A stretch of 32,000 nt of DNA from Marinifilum sp. D714 (GCF_030851345.1 NZ_JALPNU010000013.1:67709-99708), one strand, 5' to 3'. Numbered from the stretch's first letter, positions 1 through 9,454 are shown. Translations and numbers: made by a program. The notes: generated from the letters alone by a model not told the origin.

Positions 1-1095
1 GCCATTTTTTCTGTTTTCCATGTTCAACTTTGAGCGATTGATATCAATTTTGGCATTGGCAATATTTCTATTTACTTGTCCACCATTAAAAATTGGAATG
101 CTTAAATTGAATCCGAACATTTTATTTTCACGATTTGATAACTGATCGCTTAGCCTCATCTCTTCTCGAATAATAGCTGGATCACCATTTACATCTAATC
201 CATATTCAGGGAAGTCTTTTGAATAACTAGATCCCCAATATCCAGACATGGTTAACCTAGGAGATCGTTGACCTTTCGCCAATATGAGTCCTTTTTCTGA
301 ACTTTCTAATCTGTATTTTGCAGCTTTTATTTCAGGTCTGAATTCCAAAGCATTAATAAATACAGATTCCGGATCGACCATTGAGCGAGTTGCATTCAAT
401 ACAGGCAATTCAGGAACGCTAATGTCGAAATCCGCTGGTTTTTCAAGATCTAGCAATTGTGCCAAATCTAGCAAAGCCAAATCAAGATCATTTGATGCAT
501 TAACTACCTCAAGTTCTTCTCTGGCTGCCTGAGCATTTTGTTCCATCAGAGTTCCTTTTGGAAGCGTTCCTGCTTCAACCAAAGCTTCTGTTCTTTTAAT
601 CTGAAGTTTGGTAACTTTTAATTTTTCCTGAGCTATATATAACAACTCTTTGTTGAAAAGAATATTCAAATAGGAAGAAGTAATGTTTAAAGCCAAATCT
701 TCTTTTGCTTTTTCTACATCTTGAAGGTAAGCTTGAAGGTCAAGCTCATTTTTCTTTATTGAATTATACTTTTGAAAGCCTTCGAATAAAGTTACATTTG
801 CTGATAATCCAACCGAACCACTTTGCGTATTAAGATCACCATATGTGTTATCTGCTTTTAGTGTACGACCATAGCTAAAGTCGTACCTTGTGCTACCATT
901 TAAATTTGGCAAAAGGGCAAACTTTGATTGTTTTGTATTGTTAGCTTGAACTTCAGCATCAAGTTTTCGAAGCTGTAAATCAATATTGTGTTCTTTCGCA
1001 TAGTTGATGCATTTCTCCAAACTCCATTTTTCTTGAGCATTTGCTGAAGAGAATGTAAATGCAATCGCAATTAGCGGTAATAATATTTTTTTCAT
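1..1095 (-). CDS. TolC-family outer-membrane efflux protein (N-terminal 365 aa; C-terminus lies beyond the left window edge)
   Basis: Absent from the ORF track because no stop lies inside the window. Hand translation of the minus strand from ATG at 1095 gives MKKILLPLIAIAFTFSSANAQEKWSLEKCINYAKEHNIDLQLRKLDAEVQ...TEALVEAGTLPKGTLMEQ... and stays open to base 1. It has a signal peptide and typical OMF/TolC N-terminal and helical repeat signatures. It sits directly downstream of the adaptor and ABC genes. Confidence 0.85.
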   Translation of the reverse strand, partial: MKKILLPLIAIAFTFSSANAQEKWSLEKCINYAKEHNIDLQLRKLDAEVQANNTKQSKFALLPNLNGSTRYDFSYGRTLKADNTYGDLNTQSGSVGLSANVTLFEGFQKYNSIKKNELDLQAYLQDVEKAKEDLALNITSSYLNILFNKELLYIAQEKLKVTKLQIKRTEALVEAGTLPKGTLMEQNAQAAREELEVVNASNDLDLALLDLAQLLDLEKPADFDISVPELPVLNATRSMVDPESVFINALEFRPEIKAAKYRLESSEKGLILAKGQRSPRLTMSGYWGSSYSKDFPEYGLDVNGDPAIIREEMRLSDQLSNRENKMFGFNLSIPIFNGGQVNRNIANAKIDINRSKLNMENRKNG

Positions 1096-1194
1096 TTGTT
1101 TTTTGTTTTATAATCCGTACTACGGTTTAGGCAATTATAAAAACGATTTTGATATGATAAATATGAGCAATATTAAGCTCTTTACAAAGCTTGC

Positions 1195-2328
1195 TTAATC
1201 TTTCTTTTCTTCTTTTTTCTTCTCTTTAATCATATCAGATTTTTTCTTCTTCTCACCCTTAAGTTTGTCATCTTTGGTAATACCTTCTAGAACTTCGATA
1301 TTGATTCCATCAGATAATCCGGTTTTAATGAAACGTCTTTCAAATTCTTGAGGAGAAGTTTCTACTTCAACAAAGGTTGAGTCATTCTCAAACTCTAACA
1401 AGCTTTCGTTTACAGCAAGTACTTTTTCTCTTTTATCCAAAACGATTTCAGCATTTGCACTATAACCTGAACGAATAAAATATTTATCGTTTAACTCAAC
1501 TGAAGCTTTAATTTCAAATTGAATTGCACCATTTTCTTCAACTCCTTTTGGAGAAATGTATTCAAGATTTGCATCGAATTTAACATCCTCAATTGCACCG
1601 ATGGTAAGTTTAAGGTTCATTCCTTGATTAATTTTTCCGACTTCAGTTTCATCAACTTTACCTTGGAAAATCATTTCACCCATATCAGCTACGATTGCTA
1701 CAGTAGTACCATCGTTAAATGTATTGGATTGAATTACAGAATTACCTTCCTTAATTGGAATATCCAAAATCATACCTTCAATAGTTGAGCGAATGATAGT
1801 GTTCGTTGCATTTGCTGATTTTTTGGTAACACCTTCTTTTATCAGCTGTAAATTATCTTTTGCAGCTTGCAATTCTTCTCGAGAATTACGGAAAGCCAAC
1901 TGTGTTTTCTGGAAATCTGATTCGGAGATTACTTTTTTGTCGTATAATGCTTTATCACGATTGTAATTGATCTCAGAATCTTCAAAGTTAATTTTGGCAA
2001 CATTAACACGTGATTCGGCACTATTCAAGTTAATCATGTCTGGAATGATCTTAATTTTTGCAATTGGATCACCTTTTTTCAACATTTCACCAGCTTCAAC
2101 ATATAAAGTTTCGATAATACCAGAAACACCTTGAGGTTTAATTTCAATTTCTTTTCTAGGTACCACCGAACCAGTTGCAATTGTTTTTTTAACAATGTCA
2201 GTAATCTCAGGAGATTTTGTGTTATAAACTACAGGTTTGTCTTGCGACTTTTTATAAAGGAAAAAAATGGTTCCTACAAAAAGGACGATTAACCCTACAA
2301 CCATTAAGATTCTTAGAACTTTTTTCAT
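1195..2328 (-). CDS. HlyD/MacA-type periplasmic adaptor (membrane fusion protein) of an ABC efflux system
   Basis: 377-aa ORF with one N-terminal TM anchor (ILMVVGLIVLFVGTIFFLY). It has a lipoyl-like motif (GEMLKKGDPIAKI), a coiled-coil hairpin and a beta-barrel region. It lies between the FtsX permeases and the TolC-like gene. The Lys/Glu-rich C-terminal tail is low complexity. Confidence 0.85.
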   Translation of the reverse strand: MKKVLRILMVVGLIVLFVGTIFFLYKKSQDKPVVYNTKSPEITDIVKKTIATGSVVPRKEIEIKPQGVSGIIETLYVEAGEMLKKGDPIAKIKIIPDMINLNSAESRVNVAKINFEDSEINYNRDKALYDKKVISESDFQKTQLAFRNSREELQAAKDNLQLIKEGVTKKSANATNTIIRSTIEGMILDIPIKEGNSVIQSNTFNDGTTVAIVADMGEMIFQGKVDETEVGKINQGMNLKLTIGAIEDVKFDANLEYISPKGVEENGAIQFEIKASVELNDKYFIRSGYSANAEIVLDKREKVLAVNESLLEFENDSTFVEVETSPQEFERRFIKTGLSDGINIEVLEGITKDDKLKGEKKKKSDMIKEKKKEEKKD

Positions 2329-2357
2329 GACTTGTATTATTTTCAGATTTATGACTT

Positions 2358-3608
2358 TTATTCGTATCTCAACGCATCAACGGGTTTAATTCTGATGGCT
2401 CTTTGTGCTGGTAAAAGTCCAGCAAGAACTCCAAAAAATATCAAAACTCCGAGTGCTATAAATGCTACATTAATATCAACGTAGGGATTTAAAATTTGAG
2501 GGTTAGGACTTCCTTCAGTTGCTTTGCCAATTAACTCAACAATAACAACTCCAAGTACCAATCCCCAAAATCCTGCAAAAGTGGTTAAGAATACCGATTC
2601 GTTAATGATTTGACCAACAACTAATGCAGGTTTAGCCCCAATGGCACGTTTAATCCCAAGCTCTTTGGTTCTTTCTTTCACAACAACGTGCATGATATTA
2701 CTTACACCAATTACCCCTGTGATTAGAACTCCAAAACCAATAACCCAAAACAGGAATCCAATACTATTGAATAGTCCAAATATCTTATTGAATATTTTTG
2801 CAATATTGAAGTGTCCAATTGCTTGGGTATCTTCAGGGTGAATAGAGTGACGACGAGCTAGAATTTCAAATATTTTATCTTCCAATTCAGCTACCGATTC
2901 ACCCACCTTAGCAGTTGCAAGGAACACATAGAATTTATCGCCATAATTATACAATTGTTGCAAGGTAGTATAAGGCAACTGAATGATATCATCTCGATTC
3001 CCCATGTTATTACTCAAAGGTTTGATCTCACCAATGATTTTGAAAAAAATACCGTTCACCTTTAGGTATTGCCCAATTGGATCCTCATCTTCTTCGAACA
3101 TGAGTTCTTTAACACGAGGACCAATGGTAATTACTTTACGGAATTCTTTAAGGTCATTCTCGTTGATAAACCTACCTGAGATTACTTCAACAGGATTTAC
3201 CATGTTCATTTCTGGAGATGTACCTTTGATTCTGAAATTTCCTTTTTTCTCTTTTCGAAATGTATTGTGAGTTGCACCACCACTCCAACCATTAATATCA
3301 GGAGCGATATGTTCCAATTCAGGAATGTTTTTCTTGAGAGCTAATAAATCGTCATTGGTAAATTGGTAAAATCTGTTTCTGGGCAAGCCCTTATATGCTT
3401 TGGTTGTTCTTTCTACCCAAAACACCGTTGAATTGGTTGCAAAGTTTCCCAAAGAAGATTGAATGTTATTTTGAAATCCTCTTCCTATTCCCAGAAGAGT
3501 TACCAAAATAAGAATCCCGAACATCACACCTAAGCCTGTTAGGATGGTACGAAGTTTATTCTTTTTTAGTGCGGCAGTAATTTCTTGCCATTTATCTAGA
3601 TCAAACAT
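2358..3608 (-). CDS. ABC transporter permease, MacB/FtsX type (paralog 2)
   Basis: 416 aa with MacB topology: N-terminal TM, about 220-aa periplasmic domain, then a C-terminal three-TM FtsX domain. It ends ...RIKPVDALRYE. It shares the N-terminal MFD.DKWQEI...KNK.RTILTG motif with the upstream paralog. Confidence 0.9.
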   Translation of the reverse strand: MFDLDKWQEITAALKKNKLRTILTGLGVMFGILILVTLLGIGRGFQNNIQSSLGNFATNSTVFWVERTTKAYKGLPRNRFYQFTNDDLLALKKNIPELEHIAPDINGWSGGATHNTFRKEKKGNFRIKGTSPEMNMVNPVEVISGRFINENDLKEFRKVITIGPRVKELMFEEDEDPIGQYLKVNGIFFKIIGEIKPLSNNMGNRDDIIQLPYTTLQQLYNYGDKFYVFLATAKVGESVAELEDKIFEILARRHSIHPEDTQAIGHFNIAKIFNKIFGLFNSIGFLFWVIGFGVLITGVIGVSNIMHVVVKERTKELGIKRAIGAKPALVVGQIINESVFLTTFAGFWGLVLGVVIVELIGKATEGSPNPQILNPYVDINVAFIALGVLIFFGVLAGLLPAQRAIRIKPVDALRYE

Positions 3609-3632
3609 TCTAATGTCGTTTATAAATTCGTA

Positions 3633-4886
3633 TTACTCGTCTCTTAAAGCTTCAATTGGTCTGATGGCTGCAGCTTTTCGTGCAGGGAAAAATCCTGCCA
3701 AAGCACCGGTAATTACCAAAACAATTGTTGCGCCTATTGCTATTCCAAGATCAACTTGTGGGTCAAGGAAATATATTGCTGCTGGTGCATAAATTTTTTC
3801 GATAATGTCAAACTGATTGATAGCTTCCAATAATCCTACCCCTGCAATTAATCCTACATAACCCGAAGCAGCAGTAATAAATATTGCCTCCATTAGGATT
3901 AAGCCAACAACAGAGCCTGGAGATGCGCCAATGGCTTTTCGTATACCAATTTCTTTTGTACGCTCTCTAACAACAATCATCATGATATTGAAAACGCCAA
4001 TTACGCCTAATACAATGGTGAATATTCCTATTATCCAAACAAACATTTCGATTGCACTAAATAAACCAGCGAAAGTTTGAGAGTTTTCAATATTATTCCG
4101 AATCCATAGGGCATTTTTATCTTCCTTGCTGAAGTTGTGTCTGTCAGCCATTTTATAGGTAATCTGTCTTTCAATGTTTTTACTTTCCTCTACCGAAACA
4201 TCATTTAAGGTGAAAGAGATTCTACGGATATGATCGTTGTTATTGAATATTTTTTGAGCTACAGTAATCGGAATGTATATTTCTCTTGAGTTATCATCGA
4301 AACTTGACTGATGAAAAATACCAATTACTTTAAACTTGATATCGTTAATGTTGATGTATTTGTTAAGAGCAGTTTCTTTTGGGAAAAGTACTTTTTTTAC
4401 CTCATCCTGAATGGCTACAACTTTTCTGTGTTCATCCAGGTCATTTTGATTAAGAAACCTTCCCTTAAGGATTTCAAAGTTTTTAATTTCTTTGTAGGTA
4501 TCATGAACAGGCGATACGTTAAAATTTCCGAAATTATTTTTGTAGGAAATGGTTTCAGCTCCTGGAATGTATGACATCGCCGAAATCACATCTATTTTTT
4601 GAATCGATTTTTTCAGATTCAGGAAATCATCATTTACCATTTGAATCCTTTTGCCTTCTGGAGTTCCTTTGTATGCTTTGGTCGTTCTACCACCAAATAT
4701 TTGCATGCTGTTTGTTGCATCCTGAGCAAAAACAGAAGTCATACCATTACGTAGGCCTCTTCCTGCACCCAAAAGGAAAATCAACATAAATATACCCGTT
4801 GCAACCGAAAAACCGGTTAATATCGTACGGGTTTTGTTTTTCCTGATGGTACTAAATATTTCTTGCCACTTATCTCTGTCGAACAT
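3633..4886 (-). CDS. ABC transporter permease, MacB/FtsX type (paralog 1)
   Basis: 417 aa with the same architecture as 2358..3608. It ends ...AIRPIEALRDE. Confidence 0.9.
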   Translation of the reverse strand: MFDRDKWQEIFSTIRKNKTRTILTGFSVATGIFMLIFLLGAGRGLRNGMTSVFAQDATNSMQIFGGRTTKAYKGTPEGKRIQMVNDDFLNLKKSIQKIDVISAMSYIPGAETISYKNNFGNFNVSPVHDTYKEIKNFEILKGRFLNQNDLDEHRKVVAIQDEVKKVLFPKETALNKYININDIKFKVIGIFHQSSFDDNSREIYIPITVAQKIFNNNDHIRRISFTLNDVSVEESKNIERQITYKMADRHNFSKEDKNALWIRNNIENSQTFAGLFSAIEMFVWIIGIFTIVLGVIGVFNIMMIVVRERTKEIGIRKAIGASPGSVVGLILMEAIFITAASGYVGLIAGVGLLEAINQFDIIEKIYAPAAIYFLDPQVDLGIAIGATIVLVITGALAGFFPARKAAAIRPIEALRDE

Positions 4887-4907
4887 AGCTTGATATTAGG
4901 GTTTGTT

Positions 4908-5627
4908 TTATTCCTGAAGAGGAATTTTAACCGATTCAGTATTGTTAATTTTGTTATTCTCTACGATTGATTCGATAACACCATCCTTTAAATTGATGAT
5001 TCTATCTGTCATATGGGCAATGTCATTTTCGTGAGTAACAATAATTACTGTAATTCCTGATTGGTTGATTTCTCTTAAAAGATCCATTACTTCAATTGAA
5101 GTTGCAGAGTCAAGAGCTCCGGTTGGTTCATCGGCTAAAATAATTTTGGGTTGGGTGATCATAGCACGGGCGATAGCTACTCTTTGCTTTTGCCCACCCG
5201 AAAGTTCGTTTGGCATATGGTGTGCCCATTCTTTTAATCCCATTTTATCAAGATATTCTACGGCAAGATTATTTCTCTTTTTTCTTGATACTTTTTGATA
5301 GTAAAGTGGGAGTGCCACGTTTTCCATGGCATTTTTAAAAGAAATCAGATTAAATGATTGAAATACAAAACCCAACAAATTATTGCGAAGCTTGGCAGCT
5401 TTTGTTTCGCTCATCGATTTAATTTCCTCATTGTTTAGCTCGTAAACTCCTTCGTCATGGTTGTCTAAAAGTCCGAGAATATTCAATAATGTTGACTTTC
5501 CGGACCCGGAAGATCCCATGATTGATACCAATTCACCTTCTTTAATGTGCAAATCGATACCTTTAAGGACATGCAACTTGTTGGTTCCGGTAATGTACGA
5601 TTTGTGAATGTTTTGTAATCGGATCAT
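4908..5627 (-). CDS. ABC transporter ATP-binding protein (MacB/LolD-like ATPase)
   Basis: Walker A GSSGSGKST, ABC signature LSGGQKQRVAIARA, Walker B ILADEPTGALD, and H-loop VTHE. First gene of the minus-strand operon. Confidence 0.95.
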   Translation of the reverse strand: MIRLQNIHKSYITGTNKLHVLKGIDLHIKEGELVSIMGSSGSGKSTLLNILGLLDNHDEGVYELNNEEIKSMSETKAAKLRNNLLGFVFQSFNLISFKNAMENVALPLYYQKVSRKKRNNLAVEYLDKMGLKEWAHHMPNELSGGQKQRVAIARAMITQPKIILADEPTGALDSATSIEVMDLLREINQSGITVIIVTHENDIAHMTDRIINLKDGVIESIVENNKINNTESVKIPLQE

Positions 5628-5685
5628 AATATTGATGTATTTTTAAAAAACCTATATACAATAGTAATTTTATGTGATTGGATTT

Positions 5686-5693
5686 CAAATTTA
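5686..5693 (-). promoter_or_regulatory. Candidate Bacteroidota -7 promoter box (TAAATTTG) for the efflux operon
   Basis: The reverse complement of caaattta is TAAATTTG, which matches TAnnTTTG. It lies 59 nt upstream of the ATG at 5627. An ACAATTGT palindrome (5709..5716) sits where a -33 element would be. Confidence 0.4.
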
Positions 5694-6029
5694 TTTAGAC
5701 CAACGTACACAATTGTCGACAAACCTGTATTATCAACTGATAATGTCGAAATAAATAAGCATAATAATAAAATAGAAAATCTTCACCCCAATGATCTTAT
5801 ATTTTTCAATACTCGTGCCACATAACGGAACTGTCATTAAATCAGTGTAATGAATGATTTTTATATTTTTTTTTGATGATTTATGTGTACGATGTTATTA
5901 CATAGGATGTACGGATTCGTACAATTCAATATATCAGTATAACAGTTAAAGTGGTGAATTGTTAATAATTGCTAAACAAATCGGGCAACGAGAATTTTTA
6001 ATGTAATTTAGGAGCTTTAAATCTAAATT

Positions 6030-7373
6030 ATGGATTGGATAAAATTACTTTCAACGAAAAGATTCGGACAAGAAGATAAATACTCACCAGCAAGTGTTGA
6101 TGTGAGAACTCAATTTCAAAGAGATTACGACAGGTTGATATTTTCATCGCCATTTCGTCGTTTACAAAATAAAACACAAGTATTTCCGCTTCCCGGAAGT
6201 ATTTTTGTACACAATCGATTAACTCATAGTCTTGAGGTCTCTAGTGTTGGAAGATCACTTGGTAATTTGCTGGCTGAAAAATTAATTGAGAAGAAAAAAG
6301 TAGATCCTGATTCAGGAATTAGGGAAATAGGCAGTATTGTTGCGGCAGCATGTTTGGCTCATGATTTGGGTAATCCTCCTTTTGGACACTCTGGGGAGAA
6401 AGCTTTGTCGCACTATTTTGAAAAAGGAGAAGGGGCAGAGCTTAAGGATAAATTTAGCGATGAGGAATGGTTTGATTTAATCAACTTTGAGGGCAATGCA
6501 AATGCATTACGATTATTGACACATGCTTTTAATGGAAGAAGAAAAGGAGGGTTTGCACTAACTTATTCTACCATCGCATCTATTGTAAAGTATCCTTGGG
6601 AGTCAAATAAAATTCCTGAAGTTGGAAAAAGAAAGTATGGATATTTTCAAACAGAAAAGGAATCTTACTTTAAGATTGCCAAAGAATTGGAAATTCCCGA
6701 GGTAAGTAAAGGAATATATGCACGATTTCCTTTGGTTTACCTGGTTGAGGCAGCCGATGATATTTGTTATCAAATTATGGATATCGAGGATGCTCACAAA
6801 TTAAACATTTTGAGTACTGCAGAAACCAAGGAACTCCTTCTAAACTTTTATGACCCTAAAAAAGACAAATCAAGTCTTGAGAGAATTGATGAAACTTGCC
6901 AAGAGGTTACTGATACCAATGAGCAGATTGCATTTATAAGAGCCAGCGTGATTGGTAAACTGGTGGGAGAGTGTGTTCATGTTTTTCTTGATAATTACGA
7001 CGATATTTTAAGTGGAACATTTACTGGTACTTTAATCAAGGAAGTAGAGCCAATTTGCAAGCAAGCTTATAAAACTTGCACGGGAGTTGCTGTTCAGAGA
7101 ATTTATCGACACCGATCTGTTATCGAAATAGAATTGGCAGGTTATAAAATCTTAGGAACCTTATTGGAGGAATTCGTTTCAGCAGTGATGGAACCAGATA
7201 ATTTCTATTCTAAGAACTTACTATCCTTAATTCCTCAGCAATACGATGTGTCGGGTGAGAACGATTACAAGAAAATCATGTCGGTATTGGATTTTGTATC
7301 TGGCATGACCGATGTATTTGCTCTTGATTTGTATCGAAAAATAAAAGGGATTGAGTTACCTGAAATAAAGTAA
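6030..7373 (+). CDS. dgt: dGTP triphosphohydrolase-like HD-domain protein
   Basis: 447 aa. N-terminal F.RDYDR.IFS..FRRL..KTQVF and HNRLTHSLEV..V HD motif, followed by HDLGNPPFGH. These are diagnostic of the dGTPase family. Confidence 0.9.
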   Translation: MDWIKLLSTKRFGQEDKYSPASVDVRTQFQRDYDRLIFSSPFRRLQNKTQVFPLPGSIFVHNRLTHSLEVSSVGRSLGNLLAEKLIEKKKVDPDSGIREIGSIVAAACLAHDLGNPPFGHSGEKALSHYFEKGEGAELKDKFSDEEWFDLINFEGNANALRLLTHAFNGRRKGGFALTYSTIASIVKYPWESNKIPEVGKRKYGYFQTEKESYFKIAKELEIPEVSKGIYARFPLVYLVEAADDICYQIMDIEDAHKLNILSTAETKELLLNFYDPKKDKSSLERIDETCQEVTDTNEQIAFIRASVIGKLVGECVHVFLDNYDDILSGTFTGTLIKEVEPICKQAYKTCTGVAVQRIYRHRSVIEIELAGYKILGTLLEEFVSAVMEPDNFYSKNLLSLIPQQYDVSGENDYKKIMSVLDFVSGMTDVFALDLYRKIKGIELPEIK

Positions 7374-7376
7374 AGT

Positions 7377-7898
7377 ATGAGAAAGTTTATATTGATCTGT
7401 ATGCTAAGTTTGGCATGGATATCAGGTGCAATTGCACAGGAAGAATGGAAAAAGGTAGAATCAGAAAAATCAAAAATAAGATTTTCGATTCCCGATCAAC
7501 CCATTGTTCAAAATAAAGAACTCAATGGAATTTCGATAGAGGTTTTTAGTTTTAAGGATGCAGTTACAGTATTTGGGATTGTAGCTTCTGATTTTTCAGG
7601 AGTAGGAATTGATTTTACCTATTCAGATCCGACCGAATATTATGAAGAAATGAAAGAAGGCAGTTTGGTAAGTAATGGAACAATTTTATTAGAGGAAAGA
7701 TCCGTGGCTTACCAAAAAATGCTGGGAAAAGAAATTGAATATACCCAAATGGTTGGTAAACATGAGTATACCTATTTTAAACGATTCTTCTTCCGTGGAA
7801 AATACATTTATCAAATTGCGATAGGTGGGCCATCTCGAATGAAAAGAATACTTCTTGACAAAAAGAATTTGTACTTTAATTCGGTGGAATTTTTATAA
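7377..7898 (+). CDS. Secreted protein of unknown function
   Basis: 173 aa with signal peptide MRKFILICMLSLAWISGAIAQ. It starts 3 nt after the dgt stop, so it is probably co-transcribed. I recognise no family. Confidence 0.6.
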   Translation: MRKFILICMLSLAWISGAIAQEEWKKVESEKSKIRFSIPDQPIVQNKELNGISIEVFSFKDAVTVFGIVASDFSGVGIDFTYSDPTEYYEEMKEGSLVSNGTILLEERSVAYQKMLGKEIEYTQMVGKHEYTYFKRFFFRGKYIYQIAIGGPSRMKRILLDKKNLYFNSVEFL

Positions 7899-7942
7899 TA
7901 ACCGGACTTTCTGTGAATAATATTTTTAGTCAAAATCAGGTT

Positions 7943-7998
7943 AATATTTACGTAAATATTAATTGATATTACGTAATTGTGAATTCATATTACGTAAT
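7943..7998. promoter_or_regulatory. Three TTACGTAA palindromes at exact 21-bp spacing (candidate operator or activator array)
   Basis: Site 1 is the perfect 18-bp palindrome AATATTTACGTAAATATT (7943..7960). Sites 2 and 3 are ATTACGTAAT (7968..7977 and 7989..7998). The CG centres fall at 7951/52, 7972/73 and 7993/94. Confidence 0.6.
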
Positions 7999-8080
7999 CG
8001 TTAAACCATACAAAAACAGCTTGAATATTAATCATATTCCTATTAAATTTAAGGTAGTAAAACAGTAAACTTTAGGGGAT

Positions 8081-8230
8081 ATGAAACTATTAAAAAAGCT
8101 AAAAGATTTGTTCTACACGGTAGACGACGATTTCGTGGTTGTTGATCTTACTACGAAAATGATTCAATCGATGAATGCTAGAGAGTGGAATCGATTAAAA
8201 AACAAGAAAAACTTCATGGTAATAAAGTAG
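8081..8230 (+). CDS. Possible 49-aa small protein
   Basis: Hand-translated: MKLLKKLKDLFYTVDDDFVVVDLTTKMIQSMNAREWNRLKNKKNFMVIK*. It is below the ORF-track cutoff. It is preceded by a near-consensus -7 box TAAATTTA (8044..8051) and by the TTACGTAA array. It is followed by a hairpin at about 8262..8295. Confidence 0.3.
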   Translation: MKLLKKLKDLFYTVDDDFVVVDLTTKMIQSMNAREWNRLKNKKNFMVIK

Positions 8231-8325
8231 TTCTTTTTGTAAAAAGTAAAATAGATAGGCTAGAATGATATTGGCAAATCGTTTTAGCCTGAGGGTTTGG
8301 CGACCTTATGAAAAAATGATTTCGA

Positions 8326-9429
8326 CTATTTGTCGGAATTTTTTTTGTCTTTTTCTTTGTATTTCTTCAATCCCCGAATAACAATGTTACCTGTTCCGTT
8401 TGGATTGCAAGGATATTGAAATTCCCTTTTGCTTAATTTTTCATCATTGATAATTTCATAGAATCTGTCGAGGTATTTAAGTGTGTGTTTCTTGTAAGTC
8501 TTATCGAGGAAGGTATTGCTCTTGTAAATGGCATAAATTTCTTTTTTCAATTCATTAAATAACTGGAAAGTAGATTCAAATTCACTCATATCATCAATAC
8601 AATATCCTCTATACCTTCTATCGCGAACAGAATTTAATTGAAGGGCTTCTGCAGGTGCTGCATATGAAGTATTTACCATTCCCGACATGTCAAAATCATA
8701 AGGAACGGCATACAAGGATGAGTTCTTTTCGCTGTTTAAGATTTTAATATTGTGAAGGTATTGGATAGACCAATCGGTGTTGCCAATCAGAAATTGAAAT
8801 ACAGACATTTTAAGAAAATACTCCTTATTGATAGTTTTAGGATTAACATTTAACTGCTTTCGAATTGCAGAATGATTTCGCCCGGCCATTTCATCCTGAT
8901 CTTCCAAAAGAATTCCATAGGTAGCACTTCTGATTTTATTTCTTTTTGTGTCTTCAAAAATTACTTTCACCAATCTTACTCGAAAGCTTTTCTCTGTAAT
9001 TAACTGGTAGATTTTATAAACCAGGTATTCTTGCACAACAAATTTTTCATCAGCACAAGTTGTAACCAGTTTTAATTTATTCTGCCCCCTAAAAATGGTT
9101 TCAGCCAAATCTGGCAAAGTATCAAAATTTAAAAGTAGAGGAGGAGTTGCACAGTTTATTCTCATTTTGCGAAAATGCCCACGTGTTTTCACACGGATAT
9201 CTAAAGAGTGTTCTTGGTTATTGATTTCATATGAGAAAACAAAAGGGTGATATTTTGCATTTTCTTTTCTGTCATTGAACAATTTTCTGATATCTCCTTT
9301 GAGTTTGATTTCAAAAATCTCATCACTATCGAACAGTGGAGATGGCCCATAAGAGTTGTTTGTGTCATTTTGAGCGCAAACTTCCCAGGTAAAACACAAG
9401 GATAATATCAGGACGAAAAAGAATCTCAT
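8326..9429 (-). CDS. Secreted CotH-like (atypical kinase fold) protein
   Basis: The track ORF runs 8326..9480 from a TTG. The ATG at 9429 gives an N-terminal signal peptide (MRFFFVLILSLCFTWEVCAQ) and avoids overlap with the upstream gene. The segment FLKMSVFQFLIGNTDWS...LHNIKIL(9 aa)LYAVPYDFDMSGM matches my memory of the CotH core pattern (l.gn.D...nNyyly...ipwD.D.sfg). Confidence 0.55.
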   Translation of the reverse strand: MRFFFVLILSLCFTWEVCAQNDTNNSYGPSPLFDSDEIFEIKLKGDIRKLFNDRKENAKYHPFVFSYEINNQEHSLDIRVKTRGHFRKMRINCATPPLLLNFDTLPDLAETIFRGQNKLKLVTTCADEKFVVQEYLVYKIYQLITEKSFRVRLVKVIFEDTKRNKIRSATYGILLEDQDEMAGRNHSAIRKQLNVNPKTINKEYFLKMSVFQFLIGNTDWSIQYLHNIKILNSEKNSSLYAVPYDFDMSGMVNTSYAAPAEALQLNSVRDRRYRGYCIDDMSEFESTFQLFNELKKEIYAIYKSNTFLDKTYKKHTLKYLDRFYEIINDEKLSKREFQYPCNPNGTGNIVIRGLKKYKEKDKKNSDK

Positions 9430-9454
9430 ATTAATAATTTGTGGTGTATGTGAT

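Noticed and set aside
284-532. Short ORFs antisense to or nested in long genes. Examples: 284..532, 1519..1788, 2641..2841, 2983..3270, 3544..3792, 4311..4789, 5065..5298, 6603..6797, 10048..10972, 11398..11730, 11847..12074, 13222..13630 (minus), 14134..14547, 16688..16918, 18839..19934, 21511..21838, 22165..23304, 24767..24949, 25810..26094, 26857..27039, 27252..27524, 28766..29820, 30530..31150 and 31570..31776.
   Set aside because: All of them lie inside, or opposite to, much longer ORFs with clear family signatures. Their translations are low-complexity or Cys/Ser/Leu-rich, as expected of off-frame reading, and they have no independent start context.
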